A stretch of 63,431 nt of DNA from an uncultured Clostridia bacterium (GTDB lineage Bacteria > Bacillota > Clostridia > Christensenellales > CAG-917), in contig CASDRL010000025.1 of the NCBI GenBank assembly GCA_949283145.1, forward strand, positions 1 to 63,431, in the 5' to 3' direction. The notes beneath the pieces are model-generated. The model ran no database searches and was not told the origin of the DNA. It saw only the letters and a program-made list of their open reading frames with translations. The translations under genes and the position numbers were made by a program. The stretch's first letter is position 1; each line of letters opens with the position of its first letter. Positions 35,648 to 44,071 of the stretch are shown piece by piece.

Positions 35648-36745
35648 TCAAATTTTGTTTTCCGTTTCGTGTTCGGCAAGGAGCACCGCGTCGAGAAGAG
35701 CGAGCGCCGCCGCGGCTTCCACTGCCGCCACCGCTCTCGGCACCACCGTCGCATCGTGTCTGCCTTTGACGGAGATCTCCGTCTCCGTCATGGTCTCAAG
35801 ATCCACCGTCCGCTGCGGGAGGGAGATGGAGGGGGTGGGGCGGAATGCCGCCCGGAAGGTCACGGGCATCCCGTTGGAGATGCCGCCGTTGATGCCGCCG
35901 GAGTGGTTGGTGAGGGTGATCACCTTCCCATCTCTCACCACGAAGGGGTCGTTCGACTCGCTGCCGCGCATCCCCGCGATGTCAAAGCCTGCGCCGAATT
36001 CCACGCCTTTGACGGCGGGCACGGCATATACCGCCGCGGAGATCTTGCTCTCCAGCCCTTCGAAGAGCGCGTCGCCGAGCCCTGCCGGGACGCCGAACGC
36101 GACGCATTCCACCACGCCGCCCGCGCTGTCCCCCCTTTCCTGCGCCGCTTTCACCGCAGCCGCCGCTTCCTCGACGTTGGAGAGCATGGGGAGGGGGCGC
36201 TCCAGGCAGGCAGCGATGTCCTCGTATGTGAGCTCGCCGTCCGCGTAACTTCTGCCTTTCACTCCGCCGAGCTCGCCGATGTAAGCCGCGACGCGGATGC
36301 CGCGCCTTTCGAGGAGCGCTTCCGCCACGCCGCCCATTGCGACGAGGGGAGCGGTCATCCTGCCCGAGAATCTGCCGCCGCCCGACTGCGCCGCCGCCGC
36401 GCCGTCCTTCACCCACGCACAGTAGTCCGCGTGAGAGGGGCGGGGAGTGCGGGCATAAGAGTAGTCCGAGGGGCGGATGTTGCCGTTGCGGATGCGGACT
36501 GTGAGCGCGCCGTCAATGCGCATCCTGCCGTCCCCGAGGTCGGTGCAGCCCTCCCACATCGCCTCGTCGTCCTCGCGGCGGGGAGTGGAGAAGAGATACT
36601 TCCCGCTCTTTCTGCGTGCGGCGAGCGCGGCGACTTTTGCGACATCGAATGTCTCGCCCACGGGCAAACCCGCGAGGGTCGCGCCTATCTCGGCGGAATG
36701 TGACTCGCCGAATATGTCGATGTCAAGGATGTCAAACGGTCTCAT
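35648..36745 (-). CDS. aroC: Chorismate synthase
   Basis: FGESHS, RPSHAD, GRHD signature segments. Confidence 0.93.
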   Translation of the reverse strand: MRPFDILDIDIFGESHSAEIGATLAGLPVGETFDVAKVAALAARRKSGKYLFSTPRREDDEAMWEGCTDLGDGRMRIDGALTVRIRNGNIRPSDYSYARTPRPSHADYCAWVKDGAAAAQSGGGRFSGRMTAPLVAMGGVAEALLERRGIRVAAYIGELGGVKGRSYADGELTYEDIAACLERPLPMLSNVEEAAAAVKAAQERGDSAGGVVECVAFGVPAGLGDALFEGLESKISAAVYAVPAVKGVEFGAGFDIAGMRGSESNDPFVVRDGKVITLTNHSGGINGGISNGMPVTFRAAFRPTPSISLPQRTVDLETMTETEISVKGRHDATVVPRAVAAVEAAAALALLDAVLLAEHETENKI

Positions 36746-38018
36746 GCGTTTTGCCTCCGATGAGTTCGAGATCGCGGAAGAATGTGGGATAGGATTTCGC
36801 CGCCGCTTCCGCGTCCGTCACCTCTCCGCCCGCAAGCAGTCCCGCCACGGCGGCGGACATCACCATGCGGTGATCTCCGAAGCCGCTTGCCGCGAATTTC
36901 TTTATTTTGCCACCGCGGATGAGCAGGAAGTTGCCGCGGATCTCGGCGTCGATGCCCATTGCGGACAGGTTGTGCACGATGGCGGCGAGCCTGTCGCTCT
37001 CTTTGTCGCGGAGGCGCGCAACCCCCGTCATCACGCTCTCACCCTCCGCCGCAGCCATTAGCACGGAGAGCACGGGGGCGAGGTCCGGGATGTCGTCCAC
37101 ATCCGCGCTCACGGCGCGGAGAGGCGCCGCTTTCACACGGCAGCGGTCTTTTCCCGGGAAAGAGACTTCCGCGCCCATTTCTGTAAGAATGTCGGCGATC
37201 CTTTTGTCACGCTGTGCGCTGCCGGGGTCGAGCCCCGTCACCGTCACGTCGCCCGCGAGTGCGCCCGCCGCCAGCATGAACGCCGCGGACGACCAGTCGC
37301 CTTCCGCGCGCACCGTGCCGGGGGAGTGCAGCCTGCCCGCAGGGATGAGATAGCCCTCCGCGGTCTTTTTGACGCGCTTGCCGAAGAGGGCGAGGGCGTC
37401 GAGGGTCATCTGCGTATATCCTTCCGAGACGGCGTTTCCCGTCGTTTTCAGCACGCATTCGCTGCCGAGCGAGGCGAGCGCGAAGAGCATCCCGCTGACA
37501 TATTGTGAGCTCACCGACGCGTCCACCGCGAATTCTCCGCCCGCAAGTTTCCCGCCCGTGGTGAGAGGGAGAGAGGGCGCCGACGCGCCGTCCGTGTCGG
37601 GATGGGTTGCGGGAGAGGAAACGCTCGCTCCGCCGCGCGTGAGGGCGTCCGCGAGGGTGCCGAGCGGACGGAAGGGCAGTCTGCCTTCCCCTGTGAAAGT
37701 CGCGTCCGCGCCCAGCGCGCAGGCGACGGGCAGCAGGAAGCGCAGGGTGGAGCCGCTCTCGCCCGCGTTCAGCACCGCGCCCTTTTTGACTTTGCTTATC
37801 GGCGTCACCTCGAAGCCGTCCTCGGTGCGCGCGATCGTTGCCCCCAGCGCCGCGAGGCACTCCGCCGTTCTCTCGATGTCGCGGGAGAGGGCGGGGCAGA
37901 TAACCTTTGAGGGCGCGTCCGCAAGCGCCGCCGCGATGAGCAGCCTGTGCGCGTGGGACTTGGAGGGAACGGCTTCGACCGTGCCCGAGACGCGGGAGGG
38001 GAACACCGTCATTTTCAT
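36732..38018 (-). CDS. aroA: 3-phosphoshikimate 1-carboxyvinyltransferase (EPSP synthase)
   Basis: VPSKSHAHRLLIAAALA, LNAGESGSTLRFL, DHRMVMSAAVAGL. Confidence 0.93.
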   Translation of the reverse strand: MKMTVFPSRVSGTVEAVPSKSHAHRLLIAAALADAPSKVICPALSRDIERTAECLAALGATIARTEDGFEVTPISKVKKGAVLNAGESGSTLRFLLPVACALGADATFTGEGRLPFRPLGTLADALTRGGASVSSPATHPDTDGASAPSLPLTTGGKLAGGEFAVDASVSSQYVSGMLFALASLGSECVLKTTGNAVSEGYTQMTLDALALFGKRVKKTAEGYLIPAGRLHSPGTVRAEGDWSSAAFMLAAGALAGDVTVTGLDPGSAQRDKRIADILTEMGAEVSFPGKDRCRVKAAPLRAVSADVDDIPDLAPVLSVLMAAAEGESVMTGVARLRDKESDRLAAIVHNLSAMGIDAEIRGNFLLIRGGKIKKFAASGFGDHRMVMSAAVAGLLAGGEVTDAEAAAKSYPTFFRDLELIGGKTHETV

Positions 38019-39040
38019 AAGAGGAACTCCTCCAACTCGCCGAGGGTCATGGGCATCACCTCGCAGCGTCCTATGCCGCGTATGACTACGGCGTTTACCT
38101 TGCCCGCCGCGATCTTTTTATCGTGGGCGATGTGCTCCGCCACCGCGCGGATGGAGTAGGGGCACTCCGGGAATCCGTACTTTTGCAGGAGGGAGGAGAG
38201 GGCGATGTAGTCCTCTTTGGGCATGATGCCCGCGCTCACGCACGCGCGCGCCATCACTTTAATGCCCATTGCCACGCACACGCCGTGCGGGAAGCCGAGC
38301 GCGCTCTCCGTCTCGATGGCGTGCCCGACGGTGTGCCCGAGGTTGAGCAGCCGCCTGAGTCCCCTCTCGTTCTCGTCCTCTTCGACGATGCGGCGCTTGT
38401 AGTCGATGCAGAGGTCGACCAGGCGTTCGAGGTCGTTTTCCGCGCCCGCCTGCATGATGTCATATATCTCCCCGCCCGCGAGCACGGCATATTTCACCGC
38501 CTCGCCGAGCCCGCATTTCCACTCCGCCTTGGGGAGGGTGGAGAGCAGATCGAGGTCGCACACCACCGCCTTCGGGGGATAGATCCTGCCCGCGAGGTTC
38601 TTGCCCGCTTTGAGGTCGACCGCGGTCTTGCCGCCCACGGAAGAGTCGATGGCGGCGAGCAGAGTGGTGGGCACCTGCACATAGTCTATCCCGCGCATAT
38701 ACGTGCCCGCGACGAATCCCGCAAGGTCCCCCACGACGCCGCCGCCGAGCGCGACGATCACGCCGTCGCGCGGCATGTCGTCCGCGGCGAGCTGCTCGAG
38801 GAGCTCTCCCGCAAGCGTCCAGTTTTTGCTCTGTTCGCCGTGCGGGATGACGATGCGTTTTGTGCCATCCGGGAGGACGGCGAGCAGCTTTTCAAGGTGC
38901 AGAGGAGCGACATTGTCGTCGGTGATCACAGTGACTTTCCGTCCCGCCGTGATGCCCGCTGCGGACGCGGTCTCGCCGATGACGCCGTGCCCCGTGATGA
39001 CGGGATAGCTCCCCGTGGATGTGCGGATGAAGGTCTTCAT
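38015..39040 (-). CDS. aroB: 3-dehydroquinate synthase
   Basis: GGGVVGDLAGFVAGTYMRGIDYVQVPTTLLAAIDSSVGGKTAV, LNLGHTVGHAIE. AGGAGG RBS before ATG 39040. Confidence 0.93.
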   Translation of the reverse strand: MKTFIRTSTGSYPVITGHGVIGETASAAGITAGRKVTVITDDNVAPLHLEKLLAVLPDGTKRIVIPHGEQSKNWTLAGELLEQLAADDMPRDGVIVALGGGVVGDLAGFVAGTYMRGIDYVQVPTTLLAAIDSSVGGKTAVDLKAGKNLAGRIYPPKAVVCDLDLLSTLPKAEWKCGLGEAVKYAVLAGGEIYDIMQAGAENDLERLVDLCIDYKRRIVEEDENERGLRRLLNLGHTVGHAIETESALGFPHGVCVAMGIKVMARACVSAGIMPKEDYIALSSLLQKYGFPECPYSIRAVAEHIAHDKKIAAGKVNAVVIRGIGRCEVMPMTLGELEEFLL

Positions 39041-39108
39041 GGTGCCTCCTGCGTTTGCGTTCTCATTTTGTTCCTCGTTTGTATTTTGACAAAACAGAGG
39101 GTTTATCG

Positions 39109-39996
39109 TCACATTTCCGGGAGCTCATCCCCGCTCAATGCGTTTTGCAGTTTCTTTTGCCTGTCCTTCTCCACCGCGAGTTTGGTGCGGTTGCCTGCGT
39201 CAAGCAGCGAGAAGAGCCGCTCGTCGTCGCCGCTGTCGAGAGCGTCGGCGTATTCCGTCATGCGCGCCGCCATCTCTCTCACTTCGCGGGAGAGGTTGTC
39301 CGCGTTATCGCGCATGAGTTCCGTCCACATCTTCGCGTTCATGCGGGCGACCCTGGTCATGTCGCGGAAGCTGCCCGCCGAATAGCCGTAATGACGGTCG
39401 GCGGAAGCGGAGCGGACATAGGCGGAGGAGACGATGTGCGCCAGCTGCGAGGTATAGGCGATCATCTCATCGTGGGTCTCCGCGTCCGTGATGACCACAC
39501 CTTCCGCACCCACGGAGACATAGAGGCGTTTGAGGTCGGCGAGCGCTTCCAGCGTCGCGGCGACGGGGACGAGCAGTACGCTCGCGCCGTCATAAAGCCC
39601 CGCGGTGGAGTGCGCCACTCCGCTGAACTCTCTGCCCGCCATCGGGTGACCGCCGATGAAATTGACGTCGGGACGGGTGGGGGCAAGGCGTTTCATAAGC
39701 GCGACGACGGGGCGCTTCACGCCCGCGATGTCGGTGACCGTCGCGCCGTTTTTCAAGAGGGGAAGGAAGCGCGCGAGGATGCTCTCCGCGGCGGAGGGCA
39801 CCACCGCGAGGACGAGAATGTCCAGCTCTTTCGCGTTTTCGTCCGTCAGCTCCTCGTGATAGGCGCGGAGCAGGGAGCCTTTGAGCATCGCTTCGCGGTC
39901 GGTGTCGAGGGCGAAGACGGTGTGTTCCGTCCTTGCCGCGAGCGCCCGTCCGAGCGAACCGCCCATGAGACCGAGACCGACAATGCCTATCTTCAT
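39109..39996 (-). CDS. tyrA: Prephenate dehydrogenase
   Basis: MKIGIVGLGLMGGSLG Rossmann fold, GGHPMAG. Confidence 0.9.
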   Translation of the reverse strand: MKIGIVGLGLMGGSLGRALAARTEHTVFALDTDREAMLKGSLLRAYHEELTDENAKELDILVLAVVPSAAESILARFLPLLKNGATVTDIAGVKRPVVALMKRLAPTRPDVNFIGGHPMAGREFSGVAHSTAGLYDGASVLLVPVAATLEALADLKRLYVSVGAEGVVITDAETHDEMIAYTSQLAHIVSSAYVRSASADRHYGYSAGSFRDMTRVARMNAKMWTELMRDNADNLSREVREMAARMTEYADALDSGDDERLFSLLDAGNRTKLAVEKDRQKKLQNALSGDELPEM

Positions 39997-41009
39997 TTGT
40001 CGCGCTCCTTTCCGCACACGGTGAGCAGGACGTCGATGCGTCTGACGAGGTCGTCGAACTGCTCGGGACGGAGAGACTGCGCGCCGTCGGAGAGGGCGTG
40101 CAGCGGGTCGTTGTGCACCTCGATCTCCAGCCCGTCCGCGCCCGCGCCCACGGAGGCGAGGGAGAGGGGCAGCACGAGTTTCGCGCGTCCCGATGCGTGG
40201 CTGGGGTCCACGAGGATGGGCAGGTGGGTGAGCTCACGCAGCACGGGTATTGCAGAAAGATCGAGGGTGTTGCGGGTGTACGGCTCGAAGGTGCGGATGC
40301 CGCGCTCGCAGAGGATGATGTCCGTGTTGCCCTCGGACATGATGTATTCCGCGCTCATCAGCCATTCCTCGATGGTCGCCGCCATGCCGCGTTTCAGAAG
40401 GATGGGCTTGTGTGTCTTGCCCAGCTCTTTCAGAAGCTCGAAGTTCTGCATGTTCCTCGCGCCCACCTGGATGAGGTCGACGTCCTCGAAGAGGGGGAGA
40501 TGGCGGATGTCGAGGATCTCGGTGCAGACGGGCATCCCCGTCTCCTTTTTGGCGAGGGAGAGCAGTTTCATCCCTTCCGCGCGGAGACCTTGGAAGGCGT
40601 AGGGGGAAGTGCGGGGCTTGAACGCGCCGCCGCGGAGCACTGTCGCGCCCGCCGCCTTCACCGCCTTGGCGACGGCGACGATCTGATCCTCGCTCTCGAC
40701 GGAACAGGGGCCGGCTATTAGCTGGAAATGTCCTCCGCCGAAGAGGTGCCCGCCCACGTCCACAATGGTGTCCTCGGGGTGGAACTTGCGGTTGGCGTTC
40801 TTGAAGGGCTCCTGGATGCGCTTGACGCTCTCCACGATGTCGAGGGAACGGATGAGATCCTCGTCCACGACGGAAGTGTCGCCGATGAGTCCCATCACGG
40901 TGGAATTGTCGCCCTTGCTCATATGGATGTCCAGCCCCAGTCCCTTTATCCACTTGACGAGGTTGTCCATCTGTTTTTTGTCCGGGTTGTTTTTGATGAC
41001 GATGATCAT
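39993..41009 (-). CDS. aroF: 3-deoxy-7-phosphoheptulonate (DAHP) synthase, class I-beta with an N-terminal regulatory domain
   Basis: IAGPCSVES, LRGGAFKPRTSPYAFQGL, DPSH. The N-terminal 70 residues are ferredoxin-like/ACT-like. Confidence 0.93.
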   Translation of the reverse strand: MIIVIKNNPDKKQMDNLVKWIKGLGLDIHMSKGDNSTVMGLIGDTSVVDEDLIRSLDIVESVKRIQEPFKNANRKFHPEDTIVDVGGHLFGGGHFQLIAGPCSVESEDQIVAVAKAVKAAGATVLRGGAFKPRTSPYAFQGLRAEGMKLLSLAKKETGMPVCTEILDIRHLPLFEDVDLIQVGARNMQNFELLKELGKTHKPILLKRGMAATIEEWLMSAEYIMSEGNTDIILCERGIRTFEPYTRNTLDLSAIPVLRELTHLPILVDPSHASGRAKLVLPLSLASVGAGADGLEIEVHNDPLHALSDGAQSLRPEQFDDLVRRIDVLLTVCGKERDK

Positions 41010-41040
41010 TTGGATGTCTTCTCCTGTTCCGCGTGCCGCT

Positions 41041-41071
41041 CAAACAAAAAGACCGCCGGTATGGCGGTCTT
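41041..41071 (-). terminator. Attenuator terminator in the aro leader
   Basis: AAGACCGCC-AUACC-GGCGGUCUU + UUUGUUUG on the minus strand, 32 nt upstream of the aroF ATG. Confidence 0.7.
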
Positions 41072-41094
41072 GATCGTCGGGTGTCCGAAAAATC

Positions 41095-41181
41095 TTATCC
41101 GCGCATACCGAAAGAGGGGCTCTCAAAATAAAAGCCCTTAAAGTAGAAGTATGCGTAGCTGTTTGTGCGGACGTTTTTCAT
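41095..41181 (-). CDS. Aromatic-rich leader peptide of the aro supraoperon (28 aa)
   Basis: MKNVRTNSYAYFYFKGFYFESPSFGMRG: 4 Tyr + 5 Phe. Its last codons (GGUAUGCGCGGA UAA) form the 5' half of an 11-bp antiterminator with CCGCCAUACCG of the terminator. Frame cross-checked against ORF 41178..41507. Confidence 0.6.
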   Translation of the reverse strand: MKNVRTNSYAYFYFKGFYFESPSFGMRG

Positions 41182-41195
41182 AGTTCTTCACCGAT

Positions 41196-41224
41196 AATAT
41201 AAAACTCATCGCCGGCGTTGTCAA
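41196..41224 (-). promoter_or_regulatory. Promoter of the aro supraoperon
   Basis: TTGACA-N17-TATATT on the minus strand. The predicted TSS is only about 8 nt before the leader ATG. Confidence 0.55.
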
Positions 41225-41254
41225 CTTGTTTGGGCAACTTGTGCCGCACATAAT

Positions 41255-42754
41255 TTACTTTTTTCCGTCCTCTTTCGCGATCTCGACGGGCAGGGGATCC
41301 TCCGCGACGGAGAGATTGAGCACGCTGATGGCGTCCGAGATGCTCTTTTCCATCGCGAGCCTGCCGTAGGCGTCCACTTCGCGCTTGTTCTTTTCGCCGT
41401 GAGTGAGACATCCCGCGCCGCCGATGCAGCCGTCCACGCACGCCATGCCTTCGATGAAATTGGCGTCCAGCACCCCTTTGGACTTTTTGAGCAGCGCCGT
41501 CCTGCACGCCTCGATGCCGTCGCAGGTGACGGGTTTATATTCAAAGTCCGTCTCGCCCTGTTCCTTGATAGCCTGCGCCACCGCGTCCGTGATGCCGCCG
41601 CTCCGCGCGAAGATCCTGCCGAAATAGGACGCATTGTCGAGCGCGCTCTCCGAGAGGTGCTCGAGGTCGATGTCGCGGGAATCGAAGAGGGCTTGCAGCT
41701 CCTCGAATGTGATGACGGAGTCGATGTACGGGCGCACTTCGGGCTTCTGGAACTCCATCTTCTTCGCTGTGCAGGGTCCGATGAACACCACGCGGCAGGG
41801 AGAGGAAGTGCTCTTGATATATTTAGCGATCGTCGCCGCGGGAGAGAGATTCGCCGAAATGTGCGGCGCGATGTCGGGGAACTGTTTCTTGATGTAATCC
41901 ACGAACGCGGGGCAGCATGAAGAGGTGAGAAAACCCTTCTCTTTGAGCTCTTCCGCTTCTTTGTATGCCACCATGTCCGCGCCGAGAGCCGCTTCCACCA
42001 CATTGAAGAAGCCGAGCTTGCGGATGCCCGTCACCACCTGCCCGAGTTTTGCATAGGTGAACTGGCTGGAGACCGAGGGCGCGACGACGGCGTACATCTT
42101 GTAGTCGGAATTGTCATTGCTCTTTTTGATCATGTCAATGACGTCGAGGATGTAGCTCTTGTCGATGATGGCGCCGAAGGGACATTGATATACGCACGCG
42201 CCGCACGCGATGCACTTGTCGTTGTCAATGCTCGCCGCCTTGTTCTCGTTCATGGAGATGGCTTTGATCTTGCACGCGTATTCGCAGGGGCGGCGGCGGG
42301 AGACGATGGCGGTGTAGGGGCACACCTTGGCGCATTGTCCGCACTCCACGCACAGGTTCTTGTCGATGTGCGCCTTCTGCTGATGGTCGAAGGAGATCGC
42401 GTTGCGCCTGCAAACGTCTTCGCAGCGGTGCGCGAGACAGCCGCGGCAGGCGTTGGTCACTTCATAGCCGCCGGCAGGGCAGTCGTCGCACGCGATGTCG
42501 ATGACCTCGATGACGTTGGGGTTGCTGCGGTCGCCGCCCATTGCGAGCCTGACGCGCTCCGCGATGATGGCGCGCTCTTTATAGACGCAGCAGCGCATGG
42601 TCGGCACATTGCCGGGGATGATGACCTTGGGGATGTCCGTGATGCGTTCCAGCAGATCCCCTCTCCATGCGCCGCGCGCGACTTCGCGCAGCACCTTGTA
42701 CTGCAAATATTGGACCTTGGTGTCGAATGTTCTGCGTTTTTTGATGTCGTCCAT
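41255..42754 (-). CDS. hydA: [FeFe] hydrogenase, catalytic type (HydA-like) with N-terminal Fe-S domains
   Basis: H-cluster motifs FLTSSCCPAF, IGPCTAKKME, EGMACVDGCIGG, plus two ferredoxin-type CxxCxxCxxxCP motifs. AAGGAAG RBS before ATG 42754. Confidence 0.85.
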   Translation of the reverse strand: MDDIKKRRTFDTKVQYLQYKVLREVARGAWRGDLLERITDIPKVIIPGNVPTMRCCVYKERAIIAERVRLAMGGDRSNPNVIEVIDIACDDCPAGGYEVTNACRGCLAHRCEDVCRRNAISFDHQQKAHIDKNLCVECGQCAKVCPYTAIVSRRRPCEYACKIKAISMNENKAASIDNDKCIACGACVYQCPFGAIIDKSYILDVIDMIKKSNDNSDYKMYAVVAPSVSSQFTYAKLGQVVTGIRKLGFFNVVEAALGADMVAYKEAEELKEKGFLTSSCCPAFVDYIKKQFPDIAPHISANLSPAATIAKYIKSTSSPCRVVFIGPCTAKKMEFQKPEVRPYIDSVITFEELQALFDSRDIDLEHLSESALDNASYFGRIFARSGGITDAVAQAIKEQGETDFEYKPVTCDGIEACRTALLKKSKGVLDANFIEGMACVDGCIGGAGCLTHGEKNKREVDAYGRLAMEKSISDAISVLNLSVAEDPLPVEIAKEDGKK

Positions 42755-42907
42755 AGTTCGGGCTTTCTTCCTTAGATCGAGTCTTTTGCGCCGCAAACGG
42801 CGGTTTATCGGTGGGATCTTGTTGTTAAAGATCCGTTTAGGTCAATTTGTCGTCTTGTTCTGCCGCGCTTTTTGCCGCGCCGCTTTCCGTGCGGGCGCTT
42901 TTTGCGG

Positions 42908-44071
42908 TCAGTCGTAGTTGAGTTCCACCTGCTTTCCCGCCAGGCGCAGGTTCGCCGCGATGCTTTCCACCAGTTTCAGCTTCATCGTCGTGTCGATGGG
43001 CAGCCCCTGATGCGCCGCGTTGATGCTCTGTCCCACAAAGAAGGTGACGTGCGTGGCGTACTCGAAGAGCATGTTGGCGAGCAGAGAGGCGCCGTCCTTC
43101 TTCTCCGAGTGCTTGGGGGTGAGGTCGGAGGTGGACAGCCAGCGCTCGCTGAGTTCCAGCAATTTGCGCAGGGTCAGCACCCCTTCCGTCGTGAGGTCGA
43201 TGCCCTTGATGTATCCGATGGGCGGGACGTCCTTGTCGGGGAAGTCGAAGGACGCGGACACCTTTTCGCCGAGGTGTCGTGCCACGATCTGCGAGCTCGT
43301 GCCGCCGCACACCACCTTTTTCCCCTCGCCGCCGAGAAAACGGGAGATGTAGAAGTCGTCCTGATCCTTTTCCACGGGGGGACCCACCATGATGCGGACG
43401 GGGCAGTATTCGCGGGCTCTCACCACCGCCACCGTGGTGTCGTCGCCGGGCTTGCCCATATAAAGGTCGTTGCACGCGCCCGCGAGCATGCACGCCACGC
43501 CGCGTGCGGACATCCCCTTTCTGAAGCTTTTGTCCAGATATTCTTTGACGTCCTTTCTCAGCCACCCGAAGTTGAGCAGCATCCCGATGCCGGCGTGTAT
43601 GACGCCGTCGGACATCAGCACTATGTAGTCGTCGGGTTTGAGTTCCAGCCGGGTGCCGTACACTTTCTTGCCCAGGATGTCGCGCTCGACGCGCTCGAAG
43701 TCCAGGCATTTGCCGTCGCGGATGAGGATGGCTTCCGGGTTGTCGAACTCGAAGAGCCAGCCCTTGCCGTCCTCGCCGAGATGCACCACCGAGAAGGTCG
43801 CATACGCCACGCCGCGCACCTTGCATACGGGCAGCGTCTGCACCACCGTCTCCACGCACTCGTCCATGCTCATCTCGTTGGAGACCATCGTGCACAGGAT
43901 CTTGGAAGTCAGCGTCGCGAGGATGTTCGCCTTGACGCCGCTTCCCAGCCCGTCGGCAAGCACCAGAGTGGTGTGCGCCCCGTCCGAGATGCACTCCACC
44001 TTGTCGCCGCACAGTTCCTCCCCCTTCTTGTTGAGAGAGGTGTAGCCTTGTTCGAGAAAGAGCTTGTCCAT
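42908..44071 (-). CDS. SpoIIE/PP2C-family serine phosphatase
   Basis: CGDKVEC...LADGLGSGVKANILA...MSDGVIHAG...GDDTTVAVV. Start overlaps the hydS stop by 1 nt. Confidence 0.85.
   Translation of the reverse strand: MDKLFLEQGYTSLNKKGEELCGDKVECISDGAHTTLVLADGLGSGVKANILATLTSKILCTMVSNEMSMDECVETVVQTLPVCKVRGVAYATFSVVHLGEDGKGWLFEFDNPEAILIRDGKCLDFERVERDILGKKVYGTRLELKPDDYIVLMSDGVIHAGIGMLLNFGWLRKDVKEYLDKSFRKGMSARGVACMLAGACNDLYMGKPGDDTTVAVVRAREYCPVRIMVGPPVEKDQDDFYISRFLGGEGKKVVCGGTSSQIVARHLGEKVSASFDFPDKDVPPIGYIKGIDLTTEGVLTLRKLLELSERWLSTSDLTPKHSEKKDGASLLANMLFEYATHVTFFVGQSINAAHQGLPIDTTMKLKLVESIAANLRLAGKQVELNYD

Noticed and set aside
42797-42907. Rex operator near hydA (TTGTTAA half-site). Also searched 50217-50330 upstream of rex.
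   Set aside because: Only a half-site was found, and it is embedded in a simple hairpin (GGATCTT...AAGATCC). No TTGTGAA/TTGTTAA-N4-6-inverted partner is present. Upstream of rex I saw only a direct repeat, ATCGTTAC-N7-ATCGTTAC (50257-50279), of unknown meaning.
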